A stretch of DNA of 64,000 nt, taken from assembly GCA_964478075.1 (NCBI GenBank), contig CAYZGO010000008.1:37284-101283 (forward strand), given 5' to 3'. The notes below the pieces were generated by a model. The model was not told where the DNA came from. It saw only the letters and a list, made by a program, of their open reading frames with translations, and ran no database searches. Origin of the DNA: an uncultured Anaerolineales bacterium (GTDB lineage: Bacteria > Chloroflexota > Anaerolineae > UBA2200). This document shows positions 9,633 to 18,891 of the stretch, piece by piece. Every line of letters begins with the position of its first letter. Position 1 is the stretch's first letter. Both the position numbers and the translations under genes were made by a program.

Positions 9633-10112
9633 GTGGGCGAGCCGGAGAAGCAAGTCATCCGTCAAAAGATTATGGGAGTGCTCTTGCGCCATGCTCGGCT
9701 GAGGGCAGGGAGAAGTCAGGCCGAGTTGGCTGCCGCGCTGCGCATCTCCAGGTATCGCTACGGGCAATACGAGCGCGGACAACGCGACATCTCGCTGCCA
9801 GAGTTGGAGATCGTTGCCGACTTGTGCGGCGTGCCGTTAGGCTACTTCTTTGACGACAGAGCCACAGTGGAGGATGAGGGCACGGATAAGCCCTCCTTGG
9901 TCGCGCTTTGTATCCAGCGCAAGATTGTGGGCACACTACTGCGCCAGGCTCGACGGCAGGCAGGCAAGTCACAGAAAGAGTGTGCCGCTTTGCTGGGCAT
10001 CTCCCAACAACGTGTCTCTCTGTACGAGCGTGGAGAACAGGACATGCCCTCGTCTGAACTCGAGGCCCTGGCCCCCTATCTGAATGTGCAGCCCAGCTAC
10101 TTCGCGGTCTGA
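9633..10112 (+). CDS. Transcriptional regulator with two tandem XRE-type HTH domains
   Basis: Two HTH_3-like repeats (LRHARLRAGRSQAELAAAL... and LRQARRQAGKSQKECAALLGISQQRVSLYERG). GTG start with a GAGGAGGGG RBS. Confidence 0.75.
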   Translation: MGEPEKQVIRQKIMGVLLRHARLRAGRSQAELAAALRISRYRYGQYERGQRDISLPELEIVADLCGVPLGYFFDDRATVEDEGTDKPSLVALCIQRKIVGTLLRQARRQAGKSQKECAALLGISQQRVSLYERGEQDMPSSELEALAPYLNVQPSYFAV

Positions 10113-10175
10113 GCAAGACGGTCAGCGGACTAGGCAGATTGAGCGGATGTCAGTGACTTGTGCACGAAGTAATAG

Positions 10176-10208
10176 AAACGGCCACTGCTGAGGAGCAGTG
10201 GCCGTTTT
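10176..10208. terminator. Bidirectional rho-independent terminator between convergent genes
   Basis: AAACGGCCACTGCTG-AGGAG-CAGTGGCCGTTTT, with an A-tract on one side and a T-tract on the other. Confidence 0.6.
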
Positions 10209-10226
10209 GCTATGGCTGGCAAGTGA

Positions 10227-12293
10227 TCAGCCCTTCTCTTCGTTCTTGCCCTGCTCAATGACGTTCTGTGTGATGTGAGTAGGGACTTCATCGTAACGTT
10301 CGAACTCCATGGTGAAGTAGCCACGGCCCTGTGTCATGGAACGTATGTCGGCAGCGTAGTGCTGCATTTCGGCCAATGGAACCTCGGCGCTGATTATACT
10401 GTTGCCCTTTTGCTGGTCCATGCCCAGGACTCGCGCGCGTTTAGTGTTCAAGTCCCCCAGTATATCGCCCATGAATTGCTCAGGCACAACGATCGTTACT
10501 TTCATGATGGGCTCAAGGAGCACCGGGGCTGCCATCTCCATGCCCTTCTTGAAGGCCAGGTGCGCCGCCAGCTTGAAGGCGATTTCCGAAGAGTCCACCG
10601 AATGGGACGATCCGTCGTAGAGGGCGGCACGCAGGTCGGTAGCGGGGTAGCCAGCCAGCATGCCCTTCGTTATAGCCTCGCGCAGTCCCTTTTCTACAGC
10701 CGGTATAAAGTTCCGTGGCACGTGACCGCCAAAGACCTCGTCCACAAACTCGAAGCCTGCGCCGCGTAGCAGTGGCTCGAATCGTATTCGGACATCACCA
10801 AATTGCCCGCGCCCGCCAGTTTGCTTCTTATGCCGCCCCTGAACCTGGACTGTCTTGGTGATCGTCTCCTTGTACGGCACCTTGGGCACAGAGGTGACAA
10901 CGCCTACACCAAACTTTTGCTGTAGACGCCTGACAGCGATATCAATGTGCGAATCGCCCATGCCCGAAATCACGGTCTCGTTGGTGTCCGCATCGCGGCG
11001 TACAATGAGTGTGGGATCCTCTTCCACCAGTCGTGCCAGGGCGGTGCCCATCTTGTCCAGGTCGGCCTTGGTCTTGGGACTGATAGCAGCGAAGGCTATG
11101 GGATGCGGAAAGACAATACCTGGCAGTACGATAGGATGGTCTTTGTCGCACAGTGTGTTGCCAGTGGTCGTGGCTTGCAGCTTGGCCACCGCACCAATGT
11201 CTCCAGCGATCACGTCCTTGGTTGGTGTCTGCTCCTTTCCAAGCAGGAAGAAAAGCTGGCCGATCCGTTCTTCTTCACCCTTGTTTGCATTTAAAACACG
11301 TGAATCGCTCTGGAGACTACCGGAGTAGACACGGAAGTAGGTGAGCTTGCCTACATAGGGGTCGGCCATGGTCTTGAAGACCAGAGCAGCCAGGGGGCCT
11401 GTCGGTGCGGCCACGACGGCTTCCTCGCTGTTATCCAGCACCTTCCTGGCTTTTGCCTCCGTGGCGGCTGGCGAGGGCAGGTAGCGCACGATGGCATCCT
11501 GCAGAAACGAGACGCCTATATTCTGAGTCGCAGAGCCGCACAGCACCGGCACGACTTTGCCAGAGGCCACGGCCATGGCTAGCCCACGGCAGATTTCATC
11601 CTCGCTGAGCTCTTCACCGTCGAGGTATCTCATGATCAACTCGTCGTCAGCCTCAGCGGCTAGCTCTACCATCTGTAGTCGCAGGGTCTGTGCTTGATCC
11701 TGTAACTCGGCCGGGACTTCGCTTCCCTTCTTTGCATCGCCGAGGTAGGCTTTCATCGTCAAGAGGTCTACCACGCCCTTAAAGTTGGCCTGGGAACCAA
11801 TGGGCAATTGCAAAGGCACAAAGTTGACATCGAATTTGGCTTTCATCTGCTCAAGAGTGCGTTGAAAGCTGGCATTTTCGCGATCCAGCTTGTTGATGAA
11901 AGCCATGCGTGGCAACTCTAGTTCGTCGGCATACTGCCATACCAACTCGGTGCCTACTTCAACACCTGATGCTGCGCACAGGACAACAATCACAGCGTCA
12001 GAAACGCGAATGGCCCCCTTAACTTCGCCTACAAAGTCAGCATAGCCAGGAGTGTCCAACAGGTTCACCTTGTGCCTCTCCCACTCCCAAGGGGTGACCG
12101 ATGCGTTCACCGAAATCTTGCGCCGGACCTCTTCCGGGTCGTAGTCGGAGACAGTGTTGCCTTCCTCAACCCTGCCAAGGCGATTGATTAGGCCAGCATT
12201 GTATAGCATAGCTTCGGTCAGGGAAGTCTTGCCCACCCCACTATGGGCGATGAGGCTGACGTTCCTCAGTTCCTCCACCGTGTAACTTTTCAT
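10227..12293 (-). CDS. Elongation factor G family GTPase (EF-G paralog)
   Basis: AHSGVGKTS G1 motif, EF-G domain order, about 690 aa. Start placed at the ATG (MKSYTVEEL) with an AGGAGGG RBS. The track's TTG at 12338 gives a 15-aa extension. Confidence 0.85.
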   Translation of the reverse strand: MKSYTVEELRNVSLIAHSGVGKTSLTEAMLYNAGLINRLGRVEEGNTVSDYDPEEVRRKISVNASVTPWEWERHKVNLLDTPGYADFVGEVKGAIRVSDAVIVVLCAASGVEVGTELVWQYADELELPRMAFINKLDRENASFQRTLEQMKAKFDVNFVPLQLPIGSQANFKGVVDLLTMKAYLGDAKKGSEVPAELQDQAQTLRLQMVELAAEADDELIMRYLDGEELSEDEICRGLAMAVASGKVVPVLCGSATQNIGVSFLQDAIVRYLPSPAATEAKARKVLDNSEEAVVAAPTGPLAALVFKTMADPYVGKLTYFRVYSGSLQSDSRVLNANKGEEERIGQLFFLLGKEQTPTKDVIAGDIGAVAKLQATTTGNTLCDKDHPIVLPGIVFPHPIAFAAISPKTKADLDKMGTALARLVEEDPTLIVRRDADTNETVISGMGDSHIDIAVRRLQQKFGVGVVTSVPKVPYKETITKTVQVQGRHKKQTGGRGQFGDVRIRFEPLLRGAGFEFVDEVFGGHVPRNFIPAVEKGLREAITKGMLAGYPATDLRAALYDGSSHSVDSSEIAFKLAAHLAFKKGMEMAAPVLLEPIMKVTIVVPEQFMGDILGDLNTKRARVLGMDQQKGNSIISAEVPLAEMQHYAADIRSMTQGRGYFTMEFERYDEVPTHITQNVIEQGKNEEKG

Positions 12294-12817
12294 CTGCCCT
12301 CCTGTGACCGATATAGTGGTTCGTGCATAGATTGCCAAACGTGTCTCACCGGATCATCGTATGAGAGGGGGAGCTTGAGTTTGGCAATCCGGTCGAGCGC
12401 CGTTCGTCGCGAGCGACGCCGTTCGCCCCGCAGGGGGGCGACCTCTCGTCTTTGTCGAGAGACAAAGGAGACACCCTGACGGGGAAGATGCTACGCGCGG
12501 ACGAACGGTTGACGCGGTACCTTGTAAGAACGCCCTGCAGAGTGACACGATGCCAGGGCGCACACTTTCAACGACGAGGCTATTGTATAACAGAACCGCA
12601 CAAATGTCAATTGAATTCCGTTTGCGGGTGCAGTTCACTTCTCGGGCGAACCCCCCTGGAGTCTCAGAAAACATGCTGAACGCCCTCCCGGAAGGCTTGG
12701 AAGGCGTTGTCGGCAGCGTCTGGGAGGGTCTGCTTGCCAAGGTGGCCCTTGTCCGATTGACAAAGGTCAGCGTTGTACGGATAATGTAGCCCAAAGATCA
12801 CTGATGAGGCGAGCCAC

Positions 12818-13924
12818 ATGATTCTTGGAACCCAGGGTAAGGGACAAAGCGAGGGGGGACTGAACCGCAGGGACTTTTTGCGGATGACGGCGGGGATGGC
12901 TATCGCCCTGCTGCTGCCAGGTTGTCGGCGCATTCCGCCATCTCAAGCGCCCTTGCCAACGCATACTGGCTTGCTAGAGACAGAGCGCTACAGAAAGAAG
13001 AGTCCGTGGAGGATCGGGCGCTCTGGCCGCGGTGATGTCACTTCCTGGATGGTCATGTTGAGCGCACACATTGAGTACGGCATCAAGGAGAAGTACAGAG
13101 ACCGCTTCAAAGACTACTTCTGTACCTCGGCCAACTGGGACCCCAACAAGCAGATCGAGGATATCAAGATCCTGCTGGCGGAGGGGATTGATCTGCTCCT
13201 GATTGACCCCATGGATCACGCAGTAGTCGCGGCGGGAGTGGAGGAGGCCATGAACGCCAGTGTCCCTGTCATCCTGGCCTCCACCAGGGTGCAGAGCACT
13301 CAGTATGTCAGTTGGGTGACCACAAACGAAGAAGAGCGCGGCGCTGCTTGTGCAGACTGGCTCTGCCGCTCCATCGCTGGTGGGCGTGTGGTTGTCGTTG
13401 TGAACATGCCTGCTAGTGGCGACAGCAAGGCGTGGTTGGTGGGAGTTCGTGGTCGGCTGGATGCCCAGCCTGAAGTGCAAGAAGTGACGGTGGCACACTG
13501 CCCTTGGTCATCACCTGGTGCCAGGCAGACTATGGCCTCCATGCTCAACGAATCTACGCAAATAGACGGTGTGGTTGTGAACAACGGGGTGCTGGGCCGG
13601 GGAGTAGTCGAGGCTTTCGCGGAACGAGGCAGCAGGATTCCGCCCATTGCCGGAGGCGATGACTGGAACGGTTGGCTGCGTACCGCAAAGGAACACAAGG
13701 TACGCTTCATGGGGCTCAGCGGGGGGGCGAATCTGGGTCTACGCTGCGTTGACCTGGCAATCCGAGTGCTGGCCGGCGACCCCGTTCCGCGCTGTGTGGA
13801 ATTCCCGTACGAGGTATTCGATGAGAGCACGTTAGACCGCTACTATCGCCCCGACTTGAGTGACCATTATTGGGCAGTCAACGACCTGCCTGAGGCATGG
13901 ATTCAAAGGATGTTCAAGTTGTGA
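12818..13924 (+). CDS. Periplasmic sugar-binding protein (PBP type I) with a Tat signal
   Basis: RRDFLRMTAGMAIALLLPGC twin-arginine/lipobox-like N-terminus and a ribose-binding-protein-like fold. Consensus-like promoter TTGACA-N17-GATAAT upstream. Confidence 0.7.
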   Translation: MILGTQGKGQSEGGLNRRDFLRMTAGMAIALLLPGCRRIPPSQAPLPTHTGLLETERYRKKSPWRIGRSGRGDVTSWMVMLSAHIEYGIKEKYRDRFKDYFCTSANWDPNKQIEDIKILLAEGIDLLLIDPMDHAVVAAGVEEAMNASVPVILASTRVQSTQYVSWVTTNEEERGAACADWLCRSIAGGRVVVVVNMPASGDSKAWLVGVRGRLDAQPEVQEVTVAHCPWSSPGARQTMASMLNESTQIDGVVVNNGVLGRGVVEAFAERGSRIPPIAGGDDWNGWLRTAKEHKVRFMGLSGGANLGLRCVDLAIRVLAGDPVPRCVEFPYEVFDESTLDRYYRPDLSDHYWAVNDLPEAWIQRMFKL

Positions 13925-13960
13925 TCAGGTGGATGTTGCCCCTTCGTTCATGTGGAAATC

Positions 13961-14011
13961 GTAGAGACGTAGCCTCACCTTGCGGTGAGATTACACATGC
14001 TACGTCTCTAC
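13961..14011 (+). repeat. 51-nt nested-hairpin element, copy 1 (family B)
   Basis: GTAGAGACGTAGC CTCACCTTGCGGTGAG ATTACACAT GCTACGTCTCTAC. A 13-bp outer stem encloses a 6-bp inner hairpin. Copy 2 is at 30645-30695. Confidence 0.7.
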
Positions 14012-14094
14012 TTGGATACACCCTCTGCCAGGTATATCGTTAGCCGCTTTGGTGAATTAGTGATATAATTGCGAAAAGTTGTGGAGGGGCCAAG

Positions 14095-15804
14095 ATGCTT
14101 CTTGAAGAGCTAATTCAAGCCGCACGAGGCGAGGTAGAGGTTGACCTGCTGCTCAAGAATGCGCGCCTGGTAAACGTATTCTCCGGCGACATCCACCACG
14201 CTGATGTGGCTGTCCACCGCACGCGCGTGGTGGGGTTGGGCAACTATCGTGCACGCAAAGTGATTGACCTGCAGGGACAATACCTGTGCCCCGGCTTCAT
14301 AGATGGGCACGTGCACATTGAAAGTTCCATGCTTCGCGTCTCTGAATTCGCCAGAGTAGTCGTACCCCAGGGTACAACCACTGTGATCTGCGACCCCCAC
14401 GAGATTGCTAACGTGCTTGGGCTGGATGGCATTCGCTACATCTTGGACTCCAGCAAGTACAATCCCCTCAGTGTGCACGTCATGTTGCCTTCCTGCGTCC
14501 CTGCCACAGACATGGAAACGGCGGGCTCTAAACTCGGGGCTGGGGACATAGCTGCCATGTTGCGTAGTGACTGGGTGCTCGGCTTGGGCGAAGTAATGAA
14601 CTACCCCGGCGTGATATTTCGTGATTGGGAAGTGCTGCAAAAGATCAAGGTAGCAGCCGACAGGCCGATTGACGGACATGCGCCTGGCCTGTCGGGGCGG
14701 GATCTGTGCGCCTACGTCGCGGCGGGCATTGGTTCAGATCACGAGTGCACCACAATGGAGGAGGCGAAAGAAAAGCTGCGACTGGGCATGCATGTCATGA
14801 TCCGGGAGGGCACGGTTGCCCGTGATTTGGAGAGCCTTTTGCCCCTGGTCACGCCCAGCAATGCAAGCAATTGCATGTTCGTGACCGATGACCGGCATCT
14901 TCCAGACTTGGTGAACGAAGGACACATAAACTTTGCCGTCCGCAAGGCGATTGGCCTGGGTCTGAATCCAGTGACCGCCATACAGATGGCGACCATCAAT
15001 ACAGCGCGCTATTTTGGCCTCAAGGACAGGGGCGGTATCGGGCCCGGCATGCGCGCCGATTTGGTCGTCTTTGACAATTTTGCCGATTTCAACATCAAAA
15101 TGGTCTTTCGGGGCGGACAGTTGGTGGCGCAAGATGGCAAACTGCTACCTCTGGAGCAGAAGCCGAAAGATGTCCCCTTGCGCAGCTCGATGAATGTCAA
15201 TTGGCAGAATGTGGATGATCTGAGAGTGCCGGCCAAAGGCAGCCGGATGAAGGTTATCGGCCTCATACCAAACCAGCTTGTGACGGATAGCCTCTTGGAA
15301 GAAGTCAAAGTCGAGGATGGCTTCGCCGTGGCGGATGTGGAACGGGACATTCTAAAGATAGCAGTGATCGAACGCCACCTCGCTTCGGGGAACGTAGGAC
15401 TGGGCTTCGTCAAGGGCTTCAAGCTCAAGCGCGGTGCGCTGGGTTCCTCTGTAGCACACGACTCGCACAACCTCATCCTGGTGGGGACCAACGACGAAGA
15501 CATGCTGCTTGCAGCACACGAGATAGAACGCATGCGCGGCGGGCTCGTTGCTGTAGAAGGGGGACGTGTGCTGGCCTCACTTCCGCTGCCCATCGCCGGA
15601 TTAATGTCGGATCGTCCATATGAAGAGGTAAATGAAAGACTAACCACACTACTAGCTGCAGCACACGGATTAGGTTCGGGGTTACACGATCCCTTCATGG
15701 CTCTGTCTTTCCTTGCGCTGCCCGTTATCCCCTCGCTGAAACTTACGGACAAGGGCCTGGTAGACGTCACACAGTTCAAGCTCGTGCCACTGTTCGAGGT
15801 CTGA
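14095..15804 (+). CDS. ade: Adenine deaminase
   Basis: 569 aa. LKNARLVNVFSG...PGFIDGHVHIESSM and overall length are typical of Ade. GGAGGGG RBS. Confidence 0.88.
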   Translation: MLLEELIQAARGEVEVDLLLKNARLVNVFSGDIHHADVAVHRTRVVGLGNYRARKVIDLQGQYLCPGFIDGHVHIESSMLRVSEFARVVVPQGTTTVICDPHEIANVLGLDGIRYILDSSKYNPLSVHVMLPSCVPATDMETAGSKLGAGDIAAMLRSDWVLGLGEVMNYPGVIFRDWEVLQKIKVAADRPIDGHAPGLSGRDLCAYVAAGIGSDHECTTMEEAKEKLRLGMHVMIREGTVARDLESLLPLVTPSNASNCMFVTDDRHLPDLVNEGHINFAVRKAIGLGLNPVTAIQMATINTARYFGLKDRGGIGPGMRADLVVFDNFADFNIKMVFRGGQLVAQDGKLLPLEQKPKDVPLRSSMNVNWQNVDDLRVPAKGSRMKVIGLIPNQLVTDSLLEEVKVEDGFAVADVERDILKIAVIERHLASGNVGLGFVKGFKLKRGALGSSVAHDSHNLILVGTNDEDMLLAAHEIERMRGGLVAVEGGRVLASLPLPIAGLMSDRPYEEVNERLTTLLAAAHGLGSGLHDPFMALSFLALPVIPSLKLTDKGLVDVTQFKLVPLFEV

Positions 15805-15926
15805 GTGGGCTGATGTAGAAGGCCATCCACCTGTCTTGCGATAGGCAAGGCGAATTCTGCACGAATACACAAGTGAGGCAAGGGAGTTCATTCGTGTATT
15901 CGTGGCCTTATTCGTGGACGGCACCA

Positions 15927-16793
15927 CTACCCCCATCGCAGAATCGGCCTCGTCAGACACGTTGGCCCGCCCTCGGTCTTGAGGGAGAGTTCGCTCCCCT
16001 TGTAAGTCAGCACCTGGCAGCCGGCTTCTTCCAGCCGCCGTTTCGTGATCGGATTGCCCTTTAGCATCAGGCACTTGCTGGGTGCCAGGGCCAGCACGTT
16101 GCAACTCATAGTTGGAAACTCTTCATCGGGCACCTCGATGAGCTGGAAGCCGCGATCCTTGAGGTACTGCCAGAACGGAACCGGCAGCAGGGGTAGATAG
16201 ACCACTGCTATCTCGTGGTCAACTAGGCTGATCAGTGACATGAGGTGCAGGCAGGCGTCAGGGCCTCCATAGTAGGGTAACGGCACGGGAATGATCCTCA
16301 CTCCGATTCCCTCCAACGCCTCCTCTAACTGACGCAGCCCTTCAGCGTTGGTGCGGAAGCCTTGTCCAGCCGCCAAGGTATCGTGATCAATCCACAACAG
16401 GTCACCACCCTCTGCCCTGGCTCTGCCGTGCAGGGCATAGTACAGCGGTATACCCAGCTTCTCGAAGCAGCGAGATATTGCCGCCTCCTCGCCCTCGCGC
16501 AGTGCCTTGCCCATTTTCAGGATCACCGCCCCCCGGTCGGTGACGAGGGCCGGGTCGTGGACAAAGACGGCATCGGCGCGATGGGGCTGTAACTCGTCGT
16601 GGTAGATGACCTCGGCCCCAGCCTGGCGCAGGATGGCCACAAGAGCGTCGTGCTCTTGGCGGGCGATCTCCGGACTGGGCCGATCGGTATAGTGCCACTT
16701 TGCAGGGTCATCTACGGCAAAGGCCGGGTCAGGTCGCTTGACCAGTACCTTGCGCAGTGGCTCGACCATGCTTTGGCTGCCGTAGCTTCTCAT
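15927..16793 (-). CDS. Amidinotransferase-superfamily protein (dimethylarginine dimethylaminohydrolase / arginine deiminase-like)
   Basis: MVEPLRKVLVKRPDPAF... fold-typical N-terminus. Start placed at the internal ATG (MRSYG). The track's longer ORF reads through the tandem-repeat array. Confidence 0.6.
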   Translation of the reverse strand: MRSYGSQSMVEPLRKVLVKRPDPAFAVDDPAKWHYTDRPSPEIARQEHDALVAILRQAGAEVIYHDELQPHRADAVFVHDPALVTDRGAVILKMGKALREGEEAAISRCFEKLGIPLYYALHGRARAEGGDLLWIDHDTLAAGQGFRTNAEGLRQLEEALEGIGVRIIPVPLPYYGGPDACLHLMSLISLVDHEIAVVYLPLLPVPFWQYLKDRGFQLIEVPDEEFPTMSCNVLALAPSKCLMLKGNPITKRRLEEAGCQVLTYKGSELSLKTEGGPTCLTRPILRWG

Positions 16794-16825
16794 CCTTGCC
16801 TCCACTCTCTGGGAAGGAGACGTTG

Positions 16826-16960
16826 CCCCGCCAAATAGATGGCGGGACGCTACCGCAGCCCCGCCAAATAGATGGCAGGACGCTACCGCAGCCCCGCCAA
16901 ATAGATGGCGGGACGCTACCGCAGCCCCGCCAGAAGGACGGCGGGACCTCCGGCATGCAA
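16826..16960. repeat. Tandem array of about 4 units of 33 nt (CCCCGCCAAATAGATGGCGGGACGCTACCGCAG)
   Basis: Direct head-to-tail copies seen in the sequence. Each unit contains the palindrome CCGCCA-AATAGA-TGGCGG. The reverse complement is related to the 60-nt units at 18410-18560. Confidence 0.8.
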
Positions 16961-16965
16961 CGTCT

Positions 16966-17655
16966 CTACAGCTTCTCCTGGTAGGCCTGGCCGAGTATCT
17001 GGAATGCAAAGTCACAGGGACGCCGGGTGAAGCGGTCACAGGCATCCAGTGGGGTCTCTGCCGGTGCGAGGCCAATGCCGCGCAGGAGATGGTACAGGTG
17101 ACAGAGGGGCAGCCCCATCACGTTAGCGTAGCAGCCGGCAACACGTGACACCGGGTCAAAGCCACGGTGTTGTATGGCGTAGGCACCAGCCTTGTCCAGT
17201 GGATCGCCGCTGGCCACGTAAGCTGCTATCTCCTCATCGCTGTAGTCCCGCATCCACACGGTGGTCTCGGCCAGTTCCGTGCGTTCCCACCTTGGCTGCA
17301 CAGCGATCAGGGTCACGCCGCTGAAGACGAGGTGAGGTCGTCCGCGCAAACGGCGCAACATGTCTACCGCCTCCTCAGCATGTGCGGGCTTGCCCAGCAC
17401 TTCTCCATCCAGGCAGACCAAGCTATCTGCAGCCACGATGAGGCCGCTCGGTGCATGGGCCAGCGATGCTCGCGCCTTGGCCTGAGAAAGGCGCGTAGCC
17501 ATCTCCTCTGAGCTTTCTGCAGTCCGGTTCACCTCTTCAATATCCGTAGGGCACACCACAAAGCGCAGACCCAAAAGCGCCAGAAGTTGTCTGCGCCTTG
17601 GTGATGCAGAAGCAAGGGTGAGGGTTGGTTGCTCGCTGCTGTCCAGTGCGCACAT
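16966..17655 (-). CDS. maf: Maf-like nucleoside triphosphate pyrophosphatase
   Basis: LTLASASPRRRQLLALLG Maf signature. Start placed at the ATG (MCALDSS). The upstream 66 codons of the track ORF show no homology. Confidence 0.8.
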   Translation of the reverse strand: MCALDSSEQPTLTLASASPRRRQLLALLGLRFVVCPTDIEEVNRTAESSEEMATRLSQAKARASLAHAPSGLIVAADSLVCLDGEVLGKPAHAEEAVDMLRRLRGRPHLVFSGVTLIAVQPRWERTELAETTVWMRDYSDEEIAAYVASGDPLDKAGAYAIQHRGFDPVSRVAGCYANVMGLPLCHLYHLLRGIGLAPAETPLDACDRFTRRPCDFAFQILGQAYQEKL

Positions 17656-17886
17656 CGGCGGGATTATAGCAGAGAAAGCGACGGGTAGAAAACTCGGCCT
17701 ACGTGCTCGCCAGGCTCTAAGCGGACGACGGTCCGTGTCGTGTGCCAGGAGCGTGGCCAACGAAGCATACTGGCTGGAGACGAGGACTATCGCATCTTTG
17801 ACGCCGCAATCTGATGTAGACCCTGTATGTGCTGGGCAGTTGCTTCGCCCCACTTTTCGGGTTAAAATGATAGAGGCGTTGGCTGG

Positions 17887-18759
17887 TCAGTGAGGTCTGA
17901 AAACGTGGCTCACTTGCTGATAGCGCATAGGCCGTGCGTTGCCGCGTGAGCATCGTCGAGCAGCGACGGTTTCTAGCAGACCAAGCAGTCTGGCCAAGGT
18001 TTGCGGCGACAGCACAGTGCGCTCGGGTTTATCGCCACCGTCGGCGCGCAGCCATTGGCTGTAGTCGGCGCAAGCTCGGGCATGATAGTGGAAGATGCAA
18101 CCTTCCACGCCAGAGATGAGAAGCGCTAGGCTCATAGGCTCCACCGAATAGGGGCAGATGGCAAAGAGGACGCGGGTGAAGCGCCGTTCCTCCAGGGCAG
18201 GTAATAGAATGTCGTGGGCGATGTCCAGGGCAGAGGTGAGCACAGCAAAGCTAGCCCCTGCTCTGAGCGCCGCGTGGCCAAGGATACGAATAGAGCAGTC
18301 AGTACAGGCTGGATGGAATTGCACTTCGCTTCTGGAATCGAGTTCCAAACGAGAGAGGTACAGACAGTCGTGGTCAAAGCGCCCTGCCGGACAGTCGTAG
18401 CCGCTGCCGGCTGCGCTAGCGTCCCGCCGTCTGCGGAGTCCCGCCATGTCTTGGGCGGGATTGGGCGGGGCTGCGCTAGCGTCCCGCCGTCTGCGGAGTC
18501 CCGCCATGTCTTGGGCGGGATTGGGCGGGGCTGCGCTAGCGTCCCGCGATCTTTGGCGCGGGACCGCATGCAGCGGCTTTTGACAGAATCCCGTGCCCAC
18601 CAGTAGTCGTCCTCCATTACCAGCAGCACGCCTTACGAATTCATCTTCGCCGCCACGGAAAAGCAAGCGCTCCTCTCGCTGACCTGCTGTCAGAACTTGA
18701 CAGTAGGTCCAGAGGGCACGCAGCGTGCGCAGCGGATGGCGCAGGACGATGTGCCGCAT
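17887..18759 (-). CDS. Hypothetical Cys-rich protein containing in-frame tandem repeats (RDASAAPPNPAQDMAGLRRR, about 2.5 copies)
   Basis: Long ORF. The C-terminal part has several Cys/His motifs (CPAGRFDHDC, ACTDC, CPYS). The N-terminal extent is uncertain because the track ORF overlaps the divergent Rph-like gene. The start chosen leaves a 130-nt divergent promoter region. Confidence 0.4.
   Translation of the reverse strand: MRHIVLRHPLRTLRALWTYCQVLTAGQREERLLFRGGEDEFVRRAAGNGGRLLVGTGFCQKPLHAVPRQRSRDASAAPPNPAQDMAGLRRRRDASAAPPNPAQDMAGLRRRRDASAAGSGYDCPAGRFDHDCLYLSRLELDSRSEVQFHPACTDCSIRILGHAALRAGASFAVLTSALDIAHDILLPALEERRFTRVLFAICPYSVEPMSLALLISGVEGCIFHYHARACADYSQWLRADGGDKPERTVLSPQTLARLLGLLETVAARRCSRGNARPMRYQQVSHVFRPH
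18410..18560. repeat. Tandem array of 60-nt units (about 2.5 copies), related to the 33-nt array in reverse complement
   Basis: GCTGCGCTAGCGTCCCGCCGTCTGCGGAGTCCCGCCATGTCTTGGGCGGGATTGGGCGGG repeated. CTGCGCTAGCGTCCCGCC matches the reverse complement of the 33-nt unit in 20 of 22 positions. Confidence 0.8.
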
Positions 18760-18891
18760 GAACACACGTCCGTAGGCTTGGGACAAGCTCTTGAACGAGA
18801 ATTCAAGAAGAGCCAGAAAACTGTTCGTTTTAAGCTCACGCATTTGGAACATGGACAGGTCATATTGTACCACACCGCATATTGAGGAGCA

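Noticed and set aside
12354-12794. 146-aa minus-strand ORF in the EF-G leader region
   Set aside because: Ser/Thr/Arg-rich low-complexity translation without an RBS. The region is better explained as a 5' UTR plus the divergent promoter for the binding-protein gene.
16826-16960. Could the tandem arrays (also 18410-18560 and 21640-21710) be CRISPR arrays?
   Set aside because: The units are directly contiguous with no unique spacers, the unit sizes vary (33, 60 and 24 nt), and no cas genes are present. They are plain tandem repeats.
15927-17075. Long N-terminal extension of the DDAH-like ORF (MASHRQ...AAVASRHLFGG repeats)
   Set aside because: The extension is simply a translation of the 33-nt tandem array. 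Homology and a plausible start begin at the internal ATG 16793.
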